A stretch of DNA of 64,000 bases, taken from Octopus vulgaris. Taxonomy: Eukaryota. This document shows, in pieces, positions 61,610 through 64,000 of the stretch (positions are counted from its first letter, which is position 1; every line of letters starts with the position of its first letter). Both the position numbers and the translations under genes were made by a program. A model generated the notes under the pieces. That model saw only the letters and a program-made list of their open reading frames with translations, did not search any database and had not been told where the DNA came from. The stretch is taken from positions 112,220,001-112,284,000 of the forward strand of contig OX597822.1 of assembly GCA_951406725.2 (NCBI GenBank), read 5' to 3'.

Positions 61610-62959
61610 TGGTACACAGTTTCTTATTGTTGATATTAGCATCTCTTTTATTTAATTTAAAAAAAAAAAATTAATTATCTGTTTTATCAAAATTCTGAGA
61701 TTATTATAAAATAACTTCAAATTATTGTGAAGGAAAATCAAAATCCCATCCCAACAGGGAAACAACATCAACCTAAGGGTTTATGATGGTTATATTGGAA
61801 TGATATAACTGAACTGGTAACTCCTTTTAAGCTTCCCTCTAAAAAGCTGCTCTGTATAGGTGAAATCCGTTTCCTTTTTAAATGTAATATATGTACTGTG
61901 ATTAATGGTAAACATCTATCTCACTGTCTGCAAATAATAGAATTTTCAAATATGTTTTCAATAAAGTTTGCTGTTTATGCACTAAAATTATAAACTGTTT
62001 TCTTGACTGTTTTTTCTCTTAACCCTTTAATGTTCTGATTATTGTATCAAACATAATGCTTATTGATTCCCATTGATTTGAATTAATCCTGCATTATCTC
62101 ATATCTTCAAGATCTTGATGGTGTAATTACTTAATGTAGAATAACATTGTAGGGTAGGTGTGAGGGCCTGGATCTGGTCAGTTTGAACATAAAACAGATT
62201 AAATATTTTGGCCGGATATGGCTGGTTTAAATGAAATGACTTTAGTTGGTGTTCACTGTTGGAGACATTATTGCTGTTTTCTCTCTTCATTTCTTTTGAG
62301 AGGTTATCATTTCACTCACCTTCCTTCATCTAAATTTGACAGGTGTTGAATTCAAGTCAAAAGTTTGATAGGCCCAAACTGTTTTGTAGTCCCATGTCTT
62401 TTAATTCCTTCTATAAGTTAATGGTGTTTCTTCTAATTATTGAATTACAGTTTCTTACTTCTTAAGTTAGCAAAGGGTATTTGTGTTCAAAGTAGTTACC
62501 TGTGAAAGTGAAGTTAGACATTTTTATAATCTGTAAGACTTTGTCTTCATTTAGGTTTTGAAGTTAAGCAGATACTAACAGCAGTCTTGATCAAGGATAC
62601 ATTTTTATATGTGTACATGCAAAACGCCTCCCGTCCAATGGACGGTGCTGAGTTGTCAAACATTTAAACCAAATTTTCTCAAAACAACTCGTCCGACCAT
62701 CCCATAGACCCCCCCCCTTTGAGAAACACTGATTTAACCTAAATTTGAGACACCAGCAAAAGAAGAAATAAAGATAGATTTTTTTTTCTATTCCAAAGAA
62801 AAACGATTTTATTCACACAAATATGCAAGCGAAGAATTTAAAGTACCAGTAATGATAAGGCTGTTGACTGGGAGAACACAAACATGGTTTAAACGGTAAG
62901 CTTGGCAGGAAAGAAACGTGCCTTTAAGCAGTACAAAATCAACAAAAAATGGAAGGCAC

Positions 62960-63131
62960 AGTTATGCATTCTCACATGGAATCGATTTTTGTAATTTTGT
63001 CAAGACTTATACACGCCCTGATACCGTTGGTATCTACATATCAAATTTGAGCACAATCGGATGGAGGATGCCCAAGATCCTAGAAGACACACACACCACA
63101 CAGACAGACTGAACAAATTTTATATAATAGA
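62960..63131 (-). mobile_element. Helitron-like 5' end fragment
   Basis: ...tcaaatttgagcacaatcgg...acacagacagac...ttttatataatagat has the same layout as the right end of 45360-46163. Confidence 0.5.
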
Positions 63132-63699
63132 TGATGAATAAAACTGGTCCCTTCTCTGTTGTAACCCCACTGAGTCAAAGGGGATCTTAGTTTTGTGAAC
63201 CACATGACAATTTCACAAGTGCTGATGCCATGAAAAAAGCACCCAGTATACTGTAAAGTGGTTGGCACGAGGAATTTTATCCAACCGTAGAGACCATGCC
63301 AAAGCAGACATCGGAGTGTGCTGCAATCCTCAGACCTGTTGGATCTGGTCAAGCCATCCACCCATGCCAGCATGGAAGAAAGATATTAAATGGTGATGAT
63401 GATAATGCATGAGTCTGCTATTATATCTCAAGAGCCACAATTACTACATCTGCTGGATGGTAAAGTAAGCATGACAATTCATGAAAATTGTTGATGGGAA
63501 TATTTTACAGCTTCCCTACTGATTACTAATTAGCAGTAATCTAATCTTCCACTTGGTGTTAATTTTTTTCCTTTATAGCTTTAGAGTATAATCTCATTTA
63601 ATGATTTTATTAAGTTCCAACATCAGATTTATATTTGTGAAATAAGATTCCAAGGTTAAATAACTCTTAAGACAATGGCAATTGGACACAGTTTGAAGT

Positions 63700-63971
63700 A
63701 AAGAAAAATTAAATAAATATTATGATAATGCACAACTTTTCTTCTTATAAAGCATTTGAATTTTTATTGGTATAATAATAATAATAATAATAATAATAAT
63801 TAATTTTTACTATCAGCACAAGGCCTGAAAATTTGTGGGTAAAGAAAAATTAAATAAACATTATGATAATGCACAATTTTTCTTGTGATAAAGTATTTGA
63901 ATTTTTATTGGTATAATAATAATAATAATAATAATTTTTACTATTGGCACAAGGCCTGGAAATTTGTGGGT
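63700..63971. repeat. Tandem duplication (about 130-140 bp x 2)
   Basis: aaagaaaaattaaataaa...gcacaaggcctg.aaatttgtgggt occurs twice, differing mainly in (AAT)n length. Confidence 0.85.
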
Positions 63972-64000
63972 AGGAGCTAGTTGATTACATTGGCTCCACT

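Overview
AT-rich, microsatellite- and retroposon-dense animal DNA. It is most likely an octopus, inferred from the repeat families; no database search was run. One protein-coding gene is supported: a + strand ATG9 (ATG9A-like autophagy lipid scramblase) that I assembled by hand from 20 GT-AG coding exons between 14652 and 47543. Intron phases are consistent throughout, giving a 2544-nt CDS and an 847-aa protein. Its C-terminal tail has an unusual 8x octapeptide repeat, (F/Y)SPGPQSG. The rest of the window is transposon-derived: RTE-type LINE pieces and their 3'-UTR repeat family, CR1-like and R4/Dong-like LINE pieces, several tRNA-derived SINE families, piggyBac remnants and TTAA MITEs, Helitrons, long foldback palindromes and Penelope-like elements (PLEs). 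The most interesting signals are these. (1) Five minimal hammerhead-ribozyme-like motifs, one at the apex of a 226-bp hairpin element in ATG9 intron 8 and two in the inverted arms of a decayed PLE with a GIY-YIG remnant. (2) A 5-unit tandem SINE array bracketed by a single 17-bp target-site duplication. (3) SINEs showing all four combinations of two heads and two tails. Most ORFs in the supplied track are spurious. Repeat boundaries are approximate unless a TSD or TIR is quoted.
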